From the NCBI GenBank assembly GCA_043803685.1, contig JAZDJU010000037.1, positions 64,001-128,000 on the forward strand: DNA of 64,000 nucleotides, given 5' to 3'. Below, piece after piece: positions 14,301-25,304 of the stretch. Within the stretch, counting starts at the first letter, position 1; each line of letters starts with the position of its first letter. Both the position numbers and the translations under genes were made by a program. Origin of the DNA: Candidatus Omnitrophota bacterium. GTDB taxonomy: Bacteria > Omnitrophota > Omnitrophia > Omnitrophales > Aquincolibacteriaceae. Under the pieces are notes generated by a model. That model was not told the origin of the DNA. It did not search any database and worked only from the letters and a program-made list of their open reading frames with translations.

Positions 14301-15351
14301 GACCGATCACGATGACGGAACGGCCGGAATAGTCCACGCGTTTTCCAAGAAGATTCTGACGGAAACGTCCCTGCTTTCCTTTGAGCATATCGCTCAAGGA
14401 CTTAAGCGGACGATTCCCTGCGCCAAGCACCGGCCGACCGTGACGACCATTATCAAAAAGGGCGTCCACAGCTTCCTGAAGCATGCGCTTTTCGTTGCGA
14501 ATGATGACATCCGGCGCCTTGAGCTCGAGAAGCTTACGCAGACGGTTATTCCGATTGATCACGCGGCGATAAAGATCGTTCAAATCGCTCGTCGCGAAAC
14601 GACCGCCATCCAGGGCCACCAACGGACGAAGATCGGGCGGAATCACAGGAATCACTCGCATGATCATCCATTCCGGATGATTGCCAGATTTATAAAAAGC
14701 TTCGACGATCTTGAGAATCTTGACGGCGCGAGCGCGGGACTGCTTGGACTTGGCGGCTTTGAGCTGACGATGATATTTCGCCGTCAGTTTATCCAACTCC
14801 AACTCCGACAAAAGCGTCTGGACGGCTTCGGCGCCCATTTGTGCCACAAAATTTTCTGGCCCATACTGCTCCTGCGCCTTCAAATATTCATCTTCCGTCA
14901 AAAGCTGCCGCGGCTTAAGCGGAGTCTGCTTCGGATCGAGCACGATATATTCTTCATAATAGAGAACTTTCTCAAGAGCACGCACGCTCAGATCGAGCAA
15001 GTTCCCAATACGCGACGGCATGGTCTTAAAGAACCAGATGTGAGAGACCGGCGTCACAAGATCGATATGGCCCATTCGCTCGCGACGAACCCGAGCTTGG
15101 GTAACTTCCACGCCGCAACGGTCGCAAACGATCCCCTTGTGCTTGATGCGCTTATACTTGCCGCAGGCACATTCATAATCTTTCGTGGGGCCAAAAATTC
15201 GCTCGCAAAAAAGACCGTCTTTTTCCGGCTTAAGCGTACGATAGTTGATCGTTTCAGGCTTCTTAACCTCGCCCCGGGACCATTTACGGATCGATTCGGG
15301 CGACGCTATGCGGATTGAAACAGAATCAAAAGTATTCACGTTGTAGTTCAT
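11302..15351 (-). CDS. rpoC: DNA-directed RNA polymerase beta' subunit
   Basis: [10 protein letters not shown] catalytic motif; N-terminal Zn finger CACGKYK...CDRC. Confidence 0.99.
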   Translation of the reverse strand: MNYNVNTFDSVSIRIASPESIRKWSRGEVKKPETINYRTLKPEKDGLFCERIFGPTKDYECACGKYKRIKHKGIVCDRCGVEVTQARVRRERMGHIDLVTPVSHIWFFKTMPSRIGNLLDLSVRALEKVLYYEEYIVLDPKQTPLKPRQLLTEDEYLKAQEQYGPENFVAQMGAEAVQTLLSELELDKLTAKYHRQLKAAKSKQSRARAVKILKIVEAFYKSGNHPEWMIMRVIPVIPPDLRPLVALDGGRFATSDLNDLYRRVINRNNRLRKLLELKAPDVIIRNEKRMLQEAVDALFDNGRHGRPVLGAGNRPLKSLSDMLKGKQGRFRQNLLGKRVDYSGRSVIVIGPELKLHQCGLPKKMALELFEPFIIRKLKERGHVHTIRSAKKMVERVKPEVWDILEEVIKEHPVMLNRAPTLHRLGIQAFEPMLIEGNAIRIHPLVCTAFNADFDGDQMAVHVPLSMEAVMEARILMLSANNIFSPASGQPIMTPTQDIVLGIYYLTKVRDKVLGEGLAFSDAEEAMLAYQDGQIHKHAKCKLRLETGEIVETTMGRIIFNEELPEGFRHVNDIVNKGKLSKIIAECYNTFGHEAVVMLLDRLKALGFAEATKAGLSIGIDDIQIPDAKEGILNEARKEVKAIESQYKQGVITDGERYNKVIDVWTHTTDRVSDVMFEALDAFNPIFMMADSGARGSKQQIRQLAGMRGLVAKPSGEIIESPITANFREGLTVLEYFISTHGARKGLADTALKTADSGYLTRRLVDVAQDVIISLDDCGTLNGIVMEPVYEGEEVIVSLYDRILGRVALDNVVDVITDQVIVKSGDLIDENIVKKIEGAGIEKIRVRSVLCCESQKGICARCYGRDLATRRLVEHGTAVGIIAAQSIGEPGTQLTMRTFHIGGTASRVVEQSYYRARNEGFLQSHNLKTVVTKTNETVVLNRNGQLSLHDATGRELERYTIPTGAFIHFKDGEKVKKGEIFVKWDPYTVPILTEVSGKVRFEDIKAGVTMNEELDATTGLTERVIIEHKEDMHPQLLLVGDKDEIIAFYPIPTGAHIVVKDGQAITGGTLLAKTPRKIAKTRDITGGLPRVAELFEARKPKNPAVISEIDGVVEIGEIVKGQRKIIVKSSTGMAKEYLIPHGKHLNVYKGDRVLAGQQLVDGPVVLQDILRVSGERNLQQYLVDEVQEVYRLQGVKLNDKHVEAIVRQMLRKVRIEDSGDTEFLVGSHVEKLKFAEENAKMIKKGKEPAKGTSILLGITKASLTTDSFISAASFQETTRVLTEAASAGKRDFLQGLKENVIMGHLIPAGTGFKIHHNIDLIKDLSDVLPDPDAGKKEKAAEEASASKEIS

Positions 15352-18300
15352 ACTTTCAGTTTCTCCCTGGCTTCTTCCTGTTTATCTTCCGCGGATTTTT
15401 CTTTAGATTCATCGCTCAACAATTTTCCTCCCGCATTGCGCTCGGGATCAATATCCAGACCGAGAGCCTGAAGCTCTTTCACGAGAACGTTGAACGACTC
15501 CGGCGTCCCGGCATGTAGCGCGGGTTCACCCTTCACGATTGCTTCATAGACTCGCGTTCTGCCGACCACGTCATCGCTTTTCACAGTCAGCAGTTCCTGC
15601 AAAGTGAAAGCTGCGCCATAAGCTTCGAGCGCCCACACTTCCATTTCTCCGAAACGCTGTCCGCCGAATTGCGCCTTACCACCGAGGGGCTGCTGCGTCA
15701 CGAGCGAATAAGGCCCGATCGAGCGAGCGTGGATCTTGTCATCCGCGAGATGCGCGAGCTTTAACATATAGATGTAACCCACCGTGATCTTTTCATCGAG
15801 CTTGTCGCCGGTGCGTCCATCGCAAAGCGTCGTCTTCCCATCGCCTGGGATCATGGCATCTTTCATGACCTGACGGATCTCTTCTTCGGTAGCGCCACTA
15901 AAAACTGGCGTTTCAACGTGAAATCCGAGGATCTTGGCCGCCCACCCCAAATGGGTCTCAAGGATCTGTCCGACGTTCATACGAGAAGGAACACCAAGCG
16001 GATTCAAAATGATTTCCACCGGCGTCCCGTCCTCAAGGAACGGCATATCTTCTTCTGGAAGCACTTTCGCGATCACACCCTTGTTCCCGTGACGACCCGC
16101 CATCTTATCGCCGACGGATATCTTGCGTTTCGAGCAGACATACACCACCACTTTTTTGATGACCCCTGGAGGCAATTCATCGCCTTTCCTCACGCGGTCA
16201 ATCTCGCGAGTCCGTTCGGCCACGAGCTCATCAATCTCATCTCCCCAAACCCGAGCAATCTTCTTAATGCTTTCTTCAAGGTCCGGATCCTCGTCGATGC
16301 GAAGGGAATCCCAGTCGCAACCGTCCAATTTCTTAAGATCCGCCTTGGAGATCACGTGTCCACTCTTGATAAGCACTTCGCCCAAAATATCGTCGAGCAG
16401 GTCTTCAGAAAGCCTTCTTCCGACCACCATGTCCGCGACTTTGTTCAGGCGTTCGCGCTTCAGAAGATCAATGCGTTCGTTATAACGCTCCTTGATCTCA
16501 TTGATGTCTTTATTTTCCTGACGCCGCTCTTCTTTGGTCTTAGCGGCCGATTCCTTGCGAGCAAACACCTTCACGTCCACCACGACACCTTCAACACCCG
16601 GCGGCACGGAAAGGGACGCATCACGCACATCGCCGGCTTTTTCGCCAAAGATCGCACGGAGAAGTTTTTCCTCGGGAGAAAGTTCGATCTCGGATTTCGG
16701 CGTGATCTTACCGACAAGAATATCGCCGGGCTTCACTTCCGCACCAATGCGAATCACACCTTCTTCATCAAGATCCTTAAGAGCCTCTTCGCTCACGTTG
16801 GGGATATCACGAGTGATCTCCTCATTCCCAAGTTTCGTGTCACGCGCTTCGATATCGAACTCTTCAATGTGAAGGGAAGTATAAACGTCTTCCTTGCAGA
16901 ACTTTTCGCTCACGATGATGGCGTCTTCAAAGTTATACCCGCGCCACGGCATGAACGCTACAAGCACGTTACGCCCGAGGGCGAGCTCGCCGCCCTGGGT
17001 CGCTGCACCGTCCGCGAGAATGTCCCCACGCTTGACCTTATCACCAATCTCAACCAAAGGACGTTGATTGATGCAAGTGCCCGCATTGGAACGCTTGAAT
17101 TTGCGAAGTTTGTACACGAAATCGTCTACGACAATCTCTTCGGAAGTAACTGATTTCACAGTCCCCCGGGACTTGGCCTGAACCACAGCTCCGGAATCCA
17201 TCGCGACATGACGCTCCATCCCGGTCCCCACATAAGGAGCCTGGGGAATGAGAAGCGGCACGGCCTGGCGCTGCATGTTCGAACCCATCAACGCGCGGTT
17301 CGCGTCGTCGTGCTCCAGGAACGGTATCAGGGCGGCAGCCACGCTCACGAGCTGGCGCGGCGACACGTCCATGTAATCGATCTCTTCGGGCTTCTTTTTC
17401 GGAAAATCTCCACGGGAACGGCACGACACCGCATCCTGCGTAAAATTCCCTTTGCTATCGAGCGTCGCGTTGGCCTGGGCGATCACATACTTGTCTTCAA
17501 CGTCCGCCGTAAGAAAATCGATCTGTTCCGTCACACGGCCCTTTACGACCTTGCGATAAGGACTCTCGAGGAATCCGATATCATTGACACGCGCGAAGGT
17601 GCTCAAGGACGAGATCAAACCAATGTTCGGACCTTCCGGCGTTTCGATTGGACAAACACGTCCGTAGTGCGAAGGATGTACGTCGCGGACTTCAAATCCC
17701 GCACGTTCGCGCGAAAGACCCCCGGGCCCGAGCGCGGAGAGACGCCGTTTGTGCGTCAGCTCTGCCAGAGGATTCGTTTGGTCCATAAACTGGGACAGCT
17801 GACTGCGACCGAAGAAATCCTTGATGGCCGCGGAGATAAGCTTCGGATTGATCAGATTGTGCGGCATCGCAGCTTCCAGGTCATAGATCGACATACGTTC
17901 CACGCAAGAACGCTTCATACGCGCAAGCCCTACGCGGAACTGGTTCTGCAAAAGCTCGCCCACAGAACGCACGCGGCGATTGCCCAAATGGTCAATATCA
18001 TCGATGCCCACTTCCCCAGAACGGAGCTTGAGAAGTTTGCCGATCACCTTCATGACGTCATCGGGTCGAAGCGTTGTGTTTTTCGTCTCCGCAGCGCTAG
18101 TGCCGAGGCCCAGCTTCTTATTGAGCATGAAGCGGCCGACATGACCGAGATCATAACGCTGGGGATCAAAGAAAAGCTTCTGGATCAAGTCCTTGGCGCT
18201 AGCCTCGGTCGGAGGATCGCCCGGACGAACGCGGCGGTAGATCGCAAGCTGCGCATCCTGGGAGTTACGGTAAGGATCCCGCTCAAGCGTGTTAACCAGA

Positions 18301-19142
18301 GAACGGTCTTCCTTGGGAAGCTTGACGATCGAAAAAGTCGTCACATCATTGGAGAGAAAAGTCGCAAGCACTTCTTTGGTCAGCTTGCTCGCAGCAGCCG
18401 CGATCAGTTCCTTGCTGGCCGGATGAAAAATATCTTCCGCAAGAATTTCGTCTTCGCAATCTTTCATCTTGGAACGGTCAAACCCGCGAATCTTTTCGAC
18501 AGGATAAAGCTCTTTGCAAATATCATAGGTCGAAGAATAACCCAACGCTCGCAGGAGCGCCGTCGCCAGGATCTTCCGGCGGCGATCGATATAAGCGTAC
18601 AGCACATCGTTCGCGTCAGACTCAAACTCGAGCCATGCGCCGCGATACGGAATGATGCGAACGCTAAACATCTTCTTGCCGCTGGGATGGAGACTTTCCT
18701 CAAGCGACATGCCCGGAGAACGGTGCAACTGACTGACAATAACACGCTCAGCCCCGTTGATAATGAACGTCCCGGTTTCGGTCATAAGCGGCAACTCGCC
18801 GATGTAAACTTCCTGCTCCTTCGCTATTCCCTTACGAACGAGCCGGAGCTTTACCTTGAGCGGCGCCGCATAAGTCATGCTTCGCTTCTGACACTCCGGA
18901 ATGGAATACTTCGGCTTTCCGAGAGAATACCCCTGATACTCGAGCCTGCACGTCCCGTCAAAACTTTCGATGGGAAAACAGTCCGCAAACGCCGCTTCGA
19001 GCCCCTGGCTCTTGCGACGACGGTTGGAACGGCCGCTTTGCAAGAATTCCTCATACGACTTGATCTGGATCTCGACCAAATTCGGAAGGTCCATGGTATC
19101 CTGGATCTTCGTGAAGCTTCTTCTCTTGATCAAAGGCAGCAT
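15348..19142 (-). CDS. rpoB: DNA-directed RNA polymerase beta subunit
   Basis: [38 protein letters not shown] and [12 protein letters not shown] motifs. Confidence 0.99.
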   Translation of the reverse strand: MLPLIKRRSFTKIQDTMDLPNLVEIQIKSYEEFLQSGRSNRRRKSQGLEAAFADCFPIESFDGTCRLEYQGYSLGKPKYSIPECQKRSMTYAAPLKVKLRLVRKGIAKEQEVYIGELPLMTETGTFIINGAERVIVSQLHRSPGMSLEESLHPSGKKMFSVRIIPYRGAWLEFESDANDVLYAYIDRRRKILATALLRALGYSSTYDICKELYPVEKIRGFDRSKMKDCEDEILAEDIFHPASKELIAAAASKLTKEVLATFLSNDVTTFSIVKLPKEDRSLVNTLERDPYRNSQDAQLAIYRRVRPGDPPTEASAKDLIQKLFFDPQRYDLGHVGRFMLNKKLGLGTSAAETKNTTLRPDDVMKVIGKLLKLRSGEVGIDDIDHLGNRRVRSVGELLQNQFRVGLARMKRSCVERMSIYDLEAAMPHNLINPKLISAAIKDFFGRSQLSQFMDQTNPLAELTHKRRLSALGPGGLSRERAGFEVRDVHPSHYGRVCPIETPEGPNIGLISSLSTFARVNDIGFLESPYRKVVKGRVTEQIDFLTADVEDKYVIAQANATLDSKGNFTQDAVSCRSRGDFPKKKPEEIDYMDVSPRQLVSVAAALIPFLEHDDANRALMGSNMQRQAVPLLIPQAPYVGTGMERHVAMDSGAVVQAKSRGTVKSVTSEEIVVDDFVYKLRKFKRSNAGTCINQRPLVEIGDKVKRGDILADGAATQGGELALGRNVLVAFMPWRGYNFEDAIIVSEKFCKEDVYTSLHIEEFDIEARDTKLGNEEITRDIPNVSEEALKDLDEEGVIRIGAEVKPGDILVGKITPKSEIELSPEEKLLRAIFGEKAGDVRDASLSVPPGVEGVVVDVKVFARKESAAKTKEERRQENKDINEIKERYNERIDLLKRERLNKVADMVVGRRLSEDLLDDILGEVLIKSGHVISKADLKKLDGCDWDSLRIDEDPDLEESIKKIARVWGDEIDELVAERTREIDRVRKGDELPPGVIKKVVVYVCSKRKISVGDKMAGRHGNKGVIAKVLPEEDMPFLEDGTPVEIILNPLGVPSRMNVGQILETHLGWAAKILGFHVETPVFSGATEEEIRQVMKDAMIPGDGKTTLCDGRTGDKLDEKITVGYIYMLKLAHLADDKIHARSIGPYSLVTQQPLGGKAQFGGQRFGEMEVWALEAYGAAFTLQELLTVKSDDVVGRTRVYEAIVKGEPALHAGTPESFNVLVKELQALGLDIDPERNAGGKLLSDESKEKSAEDKQEEAREKLKV

Positions 19143-19198
19143 TATTTTTCGTCCTCCTTAAGGACAGCGTTCCTGATTCACCCGTTAATTGCGGGGTC

Positions 19199-19612
19199 TT
19201 ACTTGATCTCGACTTTTGCTCCCTGAGCTTCCAAAACCTTCTTGATCTTCTCGGCTTCTTCTTTGGTCACATCTTCCTTGACCGTCTTTGGAGCGCCTTC
19301 CACGAGATCCTTGGCTTCCTTCAGCCCGAGGCTCGTGACCGTGCGGATCTCCTTGATCACGTTGATCTTCTTGTCGCCGGCGCTGGCAAGAATGACCGTG
19401 AAGCTGGTCTTCTCTTCCGCCGCTGCCGCGCCGCCTGCCGCTGCTGCACCGCCGCCCGCGATGGCCATAGGGGCCGCAGCTGCCGCGCTCACGCCGAACT
19501 TCACTTCAAGCGCTTTGACAAGCTCTGCGAGCTCCAACACCGTTAACGTTTCGATCGAGGTGAGAATACTCTGTAATTTGTCGGAAAGTTTTACTTCGGT
19601 TGCTTCTGTCAT
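19199..19612 (-). CDS. rplL: 50S ribosomal protein L7/L12
   Basis: Ala/Gly hinge; KINVIKEIR and [11 protein letters not shown] motifs. Confidence 0.98.
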   Translation of the reverse strand: MTEATEVKLSDKLQSILTSIETLTVLELAELVKALEVKFGVSAAAAAPMAIAGGGAAAAGGAAAAEEKTSFTVILASAGDKKINVIKEIRTVTSLGLKEAKDLVEGAPKTVKEDVTKEEAEKIKKVLEAQGAKVEIK

Positions 19613-19671
19613 GGCTGATGCCTCCTTGATTGAATTTCCTTTATCAGGACATTCGTTGTGTTCTGGCGTTC

Positions 19672-20205
19672 TTAGGACGCAGCGCCAGCGGCTGCTTTTT
19701 TCTTACGGACCTCTTCCAAAGCAACCACGAGATTGCGCGTGAGAGCTCCGAGGACGTTCGCGAAACCCTGGATCGGCGAGTTCATGCGCAGAACCAACTG
19801 CGTCAGGAGCTCTTTACGCGACGGGAGCTTCGCAAGCTGCTTGACGAAATCCTCGCCGTAGACCTGTCCTTCAAAGATCACCCCGGCGGGTTTCCACTTC
19901 TCATTCGTTTTGGAGAAATCAACGAGCCTCTTCGAAATCTCTTGCGGATCCTTGTCCCCGAAAGTGATGACGACGGAGCCATTGAGATATTTGTCGGCAC
20001 CCGCCACGTTGAACTGCGCAAAGATCTTGCGAGCCATCGCGTGCTTGACCATCAGCGAACGCCCGGAAACCTTTTCAAGACTTCTCCGCGCTTCCGAAGT
20101 GCTAAGGACTGAGATCCCGTTCAAATTGGAAATAAACGCATAAGGGCTCTTTTCGAACTCCTTAACGATCTCCTGGAACATCATTTTCTTTTCAAGTGAA
20201 GGCAT
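19672..20205 (-). CDS. rplJ: 50S ribosomal protein L10
   Basis: [11 protein letters not shown] motif; between rplA and rplL. Confidence 0.95.
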   Translation of the reverse strand: MPSLEKKMMFQEIVKEFEKSPYAFISNLNGISVLSTSEARRSLEKVSGRSLMVKHAMARKIFAQFNVAGADKYLNGSVVITFGDKDPQEISKRLVDFSKTNEKWKPAGVIFEGQVYGEDFVKQLAKLPSRKELLTQLVLRMNSPIQGFANVLGALTRNLVVALEEVRKKKAAAGAAS

Positions 20206-20208
20206 GAC

Positions 20209-20895
20209 TTAGAGCGCTCCCGTATTCAGTTTAAGACCCGGACCGTGGGTCGTCGCGATATGAATGGCCCGGAGATATTCCCCTTTGCTCGTCGCGGGCT
20301 TGGAATCCTTTACGGCCTTGATCACCGTCCGCGCATTCTCCAAAAGAGCTTCTTCCGTGAAAGACAACTTGCCGCACACCGCGTGCAACCCCGCGGTTTT
20401 GTCGCTTTTAAATTCAATGCGGCCACCCTTGACTTCCTTGACCGCTTTCCCAACCTGCGGCGTTACGGTGCCGGTCTTCGGCGTCGGCATAAGACCCTTA
20501 GGCCCCAACACGCGTCCGAGTTTACTGACCTCACGCATCATATCCGGGTGCGCGACAACCACGTCAAAATCAAGAAATCCATTTTTCACTTTTTCAACGA
20601 GCTCTTCAGCGCCAACAAAATCCGCCCCGGCCGTCTCAGCGTCCCGTGCGCTTTCGCCCTTCGCAAAGCAAAGCACACGCAAGGAGCGTCCGCTTCCGTG
20701 AGGAAGACTCACCGTGCCGCGAACGTTTTCATCACCCTGCTCCGCGCGAACACCCAACTGAAAATTCAGCGAAATCGTCTCGTCCGCCTTGCTTTTTTCA
20801 ACTTTTTTCAGGATCTTCACGGCGTCCGGCAAAGAATAGATCTTGCCTTCCTCTACCAGCGTTGCTCTTTTCTGATACCGTTTGCTACTTTTCAT
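20209..20895 (-). CDS. rplA: 50S ribosomal protein L1
   Basis: VRGTVSLPHG and LGRVLGPKGLMPTPKTGTVT motifs. Confidence 0.98.
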   Translation of the reverse strand: MKSSKRYQKRATLVEEGKIYSLPDAVKILKKVEKSKADETISLNFQLGVRAEQGDENVRGTVSLPHGSGRSLRVLCFAKGESARDAETAGADFVGAEELVEKVKNGFLDFDVVVAHPDMMREVSKLGRVLGPKGLMPTPKTGTVTPQVGKAVKEVKGGRIEFKSDKTAGLHAVCGKLSFTEEALLENARTVIKAVKDSKPATSKGEYLRAIHIATTHGPGLKLNTGAL

Positions 20896-20909
20896 CTTTT
20901 ATCCCGTTC

Positions 20910-21341
20910 TTACTTTGATTTCACGACTTCGATGCCCATGCTGCGAGCCGCACCTTCGACGATGCGGGCCGCGCTTTCGATCTTGGTCGTATTGAGATCC
21001 ACCATTTTTTTGCGTGCGATTTCGAGAACCTGTTCGCGAGTGATCTTGCCGATGATCACACGTCCGGGCTCCGATGAAGCCTTCGCGAGTCCCACAGCCT
21101 TCTTGATCTCCGCCGCGACCGGCGGGGATTTCAGAATGAACGTAAAAGACTTGTCCTTGTAAACAGTGAGCACCGCCGGAAGGATCGTGCCCGGACGGTC
21201 TTTAGTACGCTCATTGAATTGCTTGCAGAACTCCATAATGTTAACGCCATGCTGGCCAAGCGCGGGGCCGATCGGCGGCGCGGGATTTGCTTGCCCGCCC
21301 GGAATTTGCAATTTGATTTTTGTTTTGATTTCTTTTGCCAT
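20910..21341 (-). CDS. rplK: 50S ribosomal protein L11
   Basis: [26 protein letters not shown] motif. Confidence 0.99.
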   Translation of the reverse strand: MAKEIKTKIKLQIPGGQANPAPPIGPALGQHGVNIMEFCKQFNERTKDRPGTILPAVLTVYKDKSFTFILKSPPVAAEIKKAVGLAKASSEPGRVIIGKITREQVLEIARKKMVDLNTTKIESAARIVEGAARSMGIEVVKSK

Positions 21342-21342
21342 T

Positions 21343-21876
21343 TTAGATTTTTTCCACTTGCCAGTATTCCAGCTCTACGGGTGTCGACCGACCGAAGATC
21401 GTTACCATCACGCGCATCTTGCCGCGGTCCGGATTGATCTGCTCGATCGTGCCGTTAAAATTAGCGAAAGAGCCCTCTTTCACACGAACGCTTTCGCCCT
21501 CTTCAAATTCAACTTTTGGCTTCGGCTTTGTTTGCTTCTCTTCCTGTTCACGGATGATCGCGCCGACCTCTTTTTCCGTGAGCGGGATCGGATTTTTTCC
21601 CGACCCGATAAACCCCGAGATCCCAGGAGTATTCCGGACCAGATACCAACTCTCGTCGGTCAACTCCATCTTGACCAGGATATAACCCGGAAAAAACTTC
21701 CGCTCCGTGATCCTTTTCTTTCCGCCCTTGACCTCGCTGATCTTCTCCAGAGGAATCAACACCTCATGGACCAAGTGCGACAGCCCTGCGGTCTCCGCAT
21801 GACTGATCAAACTCGCGCGTGCCTTTGTTTCCACGCCCGTCTGCGTATGAACCACATACCACTTTGCGTCGGCCAT
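21343..21876 (-). CDS. nusG: Transcription termination/antitermination factor NusG
   Basis: [17 protein letters not shown] domain and [10 protein letters not shown]. Confidence 0.98.
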   Translation of the reverse strand: MADAKWYVVHTQTGVETKARASLISHAETAGLSHLVHEVLIPLEKISEVKGGKKRITERKFFPGYILVKMELTDESWYLVRNTPGISGFIGSGKNPIPLTEKEVGAIIREQEEKQTKPKPKVEFEEGESVRVKEGSFANFNGTIEQINPDRGKMRVMVTIFGRSTPVELEYWQVEKI

Positions 21877-21880
21877 AAAA

Positions 21881-22063
21881 TTAGCTGATCACTATCCGGA
21901 GAATATTCGAGATGCAAAAATCTACAAACGCGATAAATGCCGCCGTAAAGAATGTCACAACGATAACAACGACCGCCGCTTGCCACAACTCATTCCAGGT
22001 CGGCCAAGTGACCTTTTTGAGTTCCTGCTGCGTCTCTTTTAAAAAATTCGTCGCCTTCTCCAT
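21881..22063 (-). CDS. secE: Preprotein translocase subunit SecE
   Basis: ELKKVTWP motif plus one TM helix; start uncertain (22063, 22072 or 22099). Confidence 0.93.
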   Translation of the reverse strand: MEKATNFLKETQQELKKVTWPTWNELWQAAVVVIVVTFFTAAFIAFVDFCISNILRIVIS

Positions 22064-22115
22064 ACCGAACATCCCTTTGTTATTTCGAGTTTCCGTCACC
22101 CCGCCCGCATCAAAA

Positions 22116-22189
22116 CAGGCCTGGCAGGACTCGAACCTGCAACATGCGGTTTTGGAGACCGCCGCTCTACCAATTGGAGCTACAGGCCT
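22116..22189 (-). tRNA. tRNA-Trp (CCA)
   Basis: AGGCCTG acceptor stem, TAGCTCCAATTGGTAGAGC D-arm, CTCCAAA anticodon loop, GGTTCGAGTCC T-arm; 3' CCA not encoded. Confidence 0.97.
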
Positions 22190-22211
22190 CTATCCCGAGT
22201 GCTCCGAAAAA

Positions 22212-22361
22212 TTATTTTTTCTCCCGAAAAAGAACGCGCTTCCGACAACTCGGACAATATTTCTTCCGCTCGATCTTGTCCGGATTCTGCTTCTTGTTCT
22301 TCCGCGTCCAGTAAGTCGACTTATGCTCACAAGACGACACGAGGGAAATGATCTCTTGCAT
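22212..22361 (-). CDS. rpmG: 50S ribosomal protein L33 (below the ORF-track size cut-off)
   Basis: Hand translation MQEIISLVSSCEHKSTYWTRKNKKQNPDKIERKKYCPSCRKRVLFREKK*; canonical tuf-rpmG-tRNA-Trp-secE position. Confidence 0.95.
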   Translation of the reverse strand: MQEIISLVSSCEHKSTYWTRKNKKQNPDKIERKKYCPSCRKRVLFREKK

Positions 22362-22516
22362 CGGGATAAAACCTTTTCCTTTGTCTTAAAAAAACCGCGC
22401 CAAAGACACGGCTTTCGATATTTTATTTCGGCTTGCAAGGCTTCTTACGGCGAAAATAAACGCCTTACAGCCAGCAGGGCTTCGCCAAAAATGCTAGACT
22501 TGGGCCAACCGAGATG

Positions 22517-23715
22517 TTACGCGATGATCTCGCTGACAACGCCGGCACCGACCGTTTTTCCACCCTCACGGATGGCGAATCGGAGCTCTTTTTCCATTGC
22601 GACCGGCATGATCAGTTCCGCTTCGATTGCAACGTTATCGCCCGGCATGACCATCTCAACGCCGGCCGGCAAAGTCACGATCCCCGTAACATCGGTAGTG
22701 CGGAAATAAAACTGAGGCCGATACCCTTTGAAGAACGGCGTATGACGGCCGCCCTCCTCCTTGCTTAACACATAGATCTGCGCTTTGAACTTTTTGTGAG
22801 GGGTCACGGAGCCAGGCTTCGCGATAACCATCCCTCTTTCGATCTGATCCTTTTCAACGCCGCGCAAGAGAAGACCGACGTTATCGCCGGCACGCGCATC
22901 ATCAAGCAGCTTGCGGAACATTTCAACGCCCGTCACCGTGGTCTTCATCGCACCTTCTCGAAAACCGATGATCTCGGCATCATCTCCAACCTTGACCACG
23001 CCGCGCTCAATACGACCGGTGGCAACCGTTCCACGACCGGAGATGGAAAACACGTCTTCCACCGGCATCAAAAACGGCTTTTCAATATCACGCTTCGGCT
23101 CGGGATGGCTTCATCCAACGCCTTAACGAGATCCATAATGCACTTGTTGGCTTTTTCATCCGTAGGATTCTGGACCGCGGGAAGGCTGGAACCGCGAACG
23201 ATGGGAATCGTGTCACCCGGAAAATCGTATTTCTTAAGAAGATCCCGGACTTCCATCTCGACGAGGTCGAGAAGTTCGGTGTCTTCGACAAGGTCACATT
23301 TATTGAGGAACACCACAACCGCAGGCACACCGACCTGGCGGGCGAGCAGAATGTGCTCACGAGTCTGGGGCATCGGTCCATCCACGGCAGAAACGACCAG
23401 GACCGCACCGTCCATCTGCGCAGCGCCCGTGATCATGTTCTTGATGTAGTCTGCGTGTCCCGGGCAGTCGACGTGGGCATAATGGCGTTTTTCCGATTCA
23501 TACTCCACATGGGAGACCGCGATCGTTACGATCTTGGAATCGTCACGAACCGTTCCACCCTTGGCGATATCCGCATATTCACGAACCGTCGCCATCCCCT
23601 TCGCCGACAACACCTTCGTCAAAGCGCAGGTCAAAGTTGTTTTTCCGTGGTCCACGTGTCCGATCGTTCCGACGTTCACGTGAGGCTTGGTACGTTTAAA
23701 TTGCTCTTTTGCCAT
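22517..23715 (-). CDS. tuf: Elongation factor Tu, split by a 1-nt deletion near 23100-23104 (probably an assembly error)
   Basis: [17 protein letters not shown] and NKCD in the 5' [18 protein letters not shown]...GAGVV in the 3' ORF. Adding one base restores [18 protein letters not shown] and a 399-aa protein. Confidence 0.96.
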
Positions 23716-23755
23716 AGGAGTTCTCCCTTATTGAAGTTTTGTTTTTCACATCCTA

Positions 23756-23828
23756 AGCTGGAGATGGGAATTGAACCCATGACCTCATCCTTACCAAGGA
23801 TGTGCTCTACCAACTGAGCTACTCCAGC
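23756..23828 (-). tRNA. tRNA-Thr (GGT)
   Basis: GCTGGAG acceptor stem, TAGCTCAGTTGGTAGAGC, TTGGTAA anticodon loop, GGTTCAATTCC. Confidence 0.97.
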
Positions 23829-23970
23829 GCTTGACTCTGCTCAGCGCTTTCGATCGCTCGCCACAACATGCTAACCACAGCAAAAAAATAAAACCTTAAA
23901 AGAAATCGCCTCACATGAAGACAAAAATCACCTTACGCGGAGACAGCTCTTCTCTGAGGAAAGAGTGGAC

Positions 23971-23998
23971 ATTCTATTGAAAACGAAAATCGTGTCAA
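23971..23998 (-). promoter_or_regulatory. Sigma70-type promoter for the tRNA-Thr/tuf cluster
   Basis: TTGACA-16 nt-TAGAAT on the minus strand. Confidence 0.7.
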
Positions 23999-24050
23999 GC
24001 TTTTTTAAAACTATTTTTCACACTCACATAAGGCGCTGCGGCAATCAAAC

Positions 24051-24800
24051 CTATTCCCCCCTGAGGGTCGCCATAACCTTACTGAAAAGACCGGACTTTT
24101 TTGCGGCGGTTGGAATGGAACGGCTCTGAAATTTCTCAAATTGCGTTTCAAGATATCCCATCCCCATCTTTTTCAAAACTTCCTGGACCACGATCGCGAC
24201 CACGTCCTGAATCCCGCGGATATCGTAATAAGTGGCGCCGCGGATCCCAGCCTGGTAACTATTTCTTCTAAGGGCCGGACCGCTCGTATCCAAATAACTG
24301 ATCTCCCCGACCGAGAGAATCAGTTCATCAATGATAAGTTCGGGCGCGCGCTTTCGGATCTGAGCCATGACAGCTTTCTCAGAGGAAGACTTCTGTTCCT
24401 CAGCGCTTTTCTGTAAGGGCTTCAACGCTAGGATATTCAGCCCTTTCCGCGAAGCGTTGATGACCTGCATCTCCCGGAGATCGATTCCTAGCGCTTTGAG
24501 ACGGAAAACCCCTTTTGGGATACTGGGAAGATCCACTGAAACGATCAGCAGCGGAATGCGCGCGAGCGTCCCTTTCGGAAAATCGTAAGGGTTCCCGATC
24601 TCAAGACCCTGGATCTCAAAGCCCGAATTCTTCCAGTCCATTTTTACGCTTTGCACGGAAACATCCGCGCCAAGTTGATACCCGAGAGATAAAATAACGG
24701 CTTGTTTGATCACCCATCCGTGAAAGATGACAAGAAGGAGCAAAAGAAATATCGCGAGACGCAGCAACCCAAAAATGAATTTAAACATTCCTTTGATCAT
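24051..24800 (-). CDS. AsmA-family-like membrane-anchored protein
   Basis: N-terminal TM helix followed by GADVSVQSV...EIQGLEIGNP..F, resembling an AsmA N-terminus. Confidence 0.55.
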   Translation of the reverse strand: MIKGMFKFIFGLLRLAIFLLLLLVIFHGWVIKQAVILSLGYQLGADVSVQSVKMDWKNSGFEIQGLEIGNPYDFPKGTLARIPLLIVSVDLPSIPKGVFRLKALGIDLREMQVINASRKGLNILALKPLQKSAEEQKSSSEKAVMAQIRKRAPELIIDELILSVGEISYLDTSGPALRRNSYQAGIRGATYYDIRGIQDVVAIVVQEVLKKMGMGYLETQFEKFQSRSIPTAAKKSGLFSKVMATLRGE

Positions 24801-24875
24801 GACACTCCTCTCCCGTTTTCGGGACCTTCACTTTATCGGCACGCAGTCGGAAAATCCAGAATAAAATATTAAAAT

Positions 24876-24952
24876 CGGGAAACGTGGAACGGGCAACGAA
24901 AATGAGAAATCTTTTTCCGTTCAACATTCGCCGCTAGCCGTTTTCCCGTTTT
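24876..24952. repeat. Heptamer-array inverted repeat element (degenerate), upstream of the atp promoter
   Basis: cgggaaa/cgtggaa/cgggcaa ... cgttcaa/cattcgc/cgctagc/cgttttc. Confidence 0.55.
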
Positions 24953-24964
24953 CTGCATCTTGCC

Positions 24965-24994
24965 TTGACAAAGAAAGAGGCTTTGAAAGATAAT
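24965..24994 (+). promoter_or_regulatory. Putative sigma70 promoter of the atp operon
   Basis: TTGACA-18 nt-GATAAT. It overlaps the ORF-track ATG at 24993, so the true start may be TTG 25059. Confidence 0.5.
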
Positions 24995-25304
24995 GTCGCC
25001 CGTCAAGTTCCATGCTCGGAAACAGCATGACAAGCAGGGTAAATTCCCCCCGGACCCCTTGGATACCATCAAGAAAGATCTTCAGAAGCTCTTTTGGATG
25101 CTCGGACTGGCGCTGACCCTGCCCACGGTTCTTTTGAGCGGCCCCTTCGCAGGTTATCTGATCAGCCGTTGGTTGATCGTGAAATGGGGTTGGGCCCCCG
25201 GCACCACACTGGTACTTGTCCTGTTGGGGCTTGTCGGTTCGGCCGTCCAGACGGTACGGGTTTTGAGGCTTCTATATAAAGGTAGCGAAAAGAAGGATCT
25301 ATGA
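24993..25304 (+). CDS. AtpZ/AtpI-family ATP synthase accessory protein
   Basis: Two TM helices with a G..AGY...W pattern; first gene of the atp operon; start may be 25059. Confidence 0.7.
   Translation: MSPVKFHARKQHDKQGKFPPDPLDTIKKDLQKLFWMLGLALTLPTVLLSGPFAGYLISRWLIVKWGWAPGTTLVLVLLGLVGSAVQTVRVLRLLYKGSEKKDL

Noticed and set aside
11302..19142. Inteins or introns in rpoB/rpoC (also checked dnaX)
   Set aside because: Lengths are normal, with no intein-like junctions or interruptions of conserved motifs.
13576..19226. Long + strand ORFs (580, 411 and 672 aa) opposite rpoC/rpoB, and similar ones opposite other core genes
   Set aside because: Antisense shadow frames of highly conserved genes, with no recognisable motifs.
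22190..22438. 82-aa Arg-rich ORF in the track
   Set aside because: Wrong frame over the real rpmG (22212-22361).
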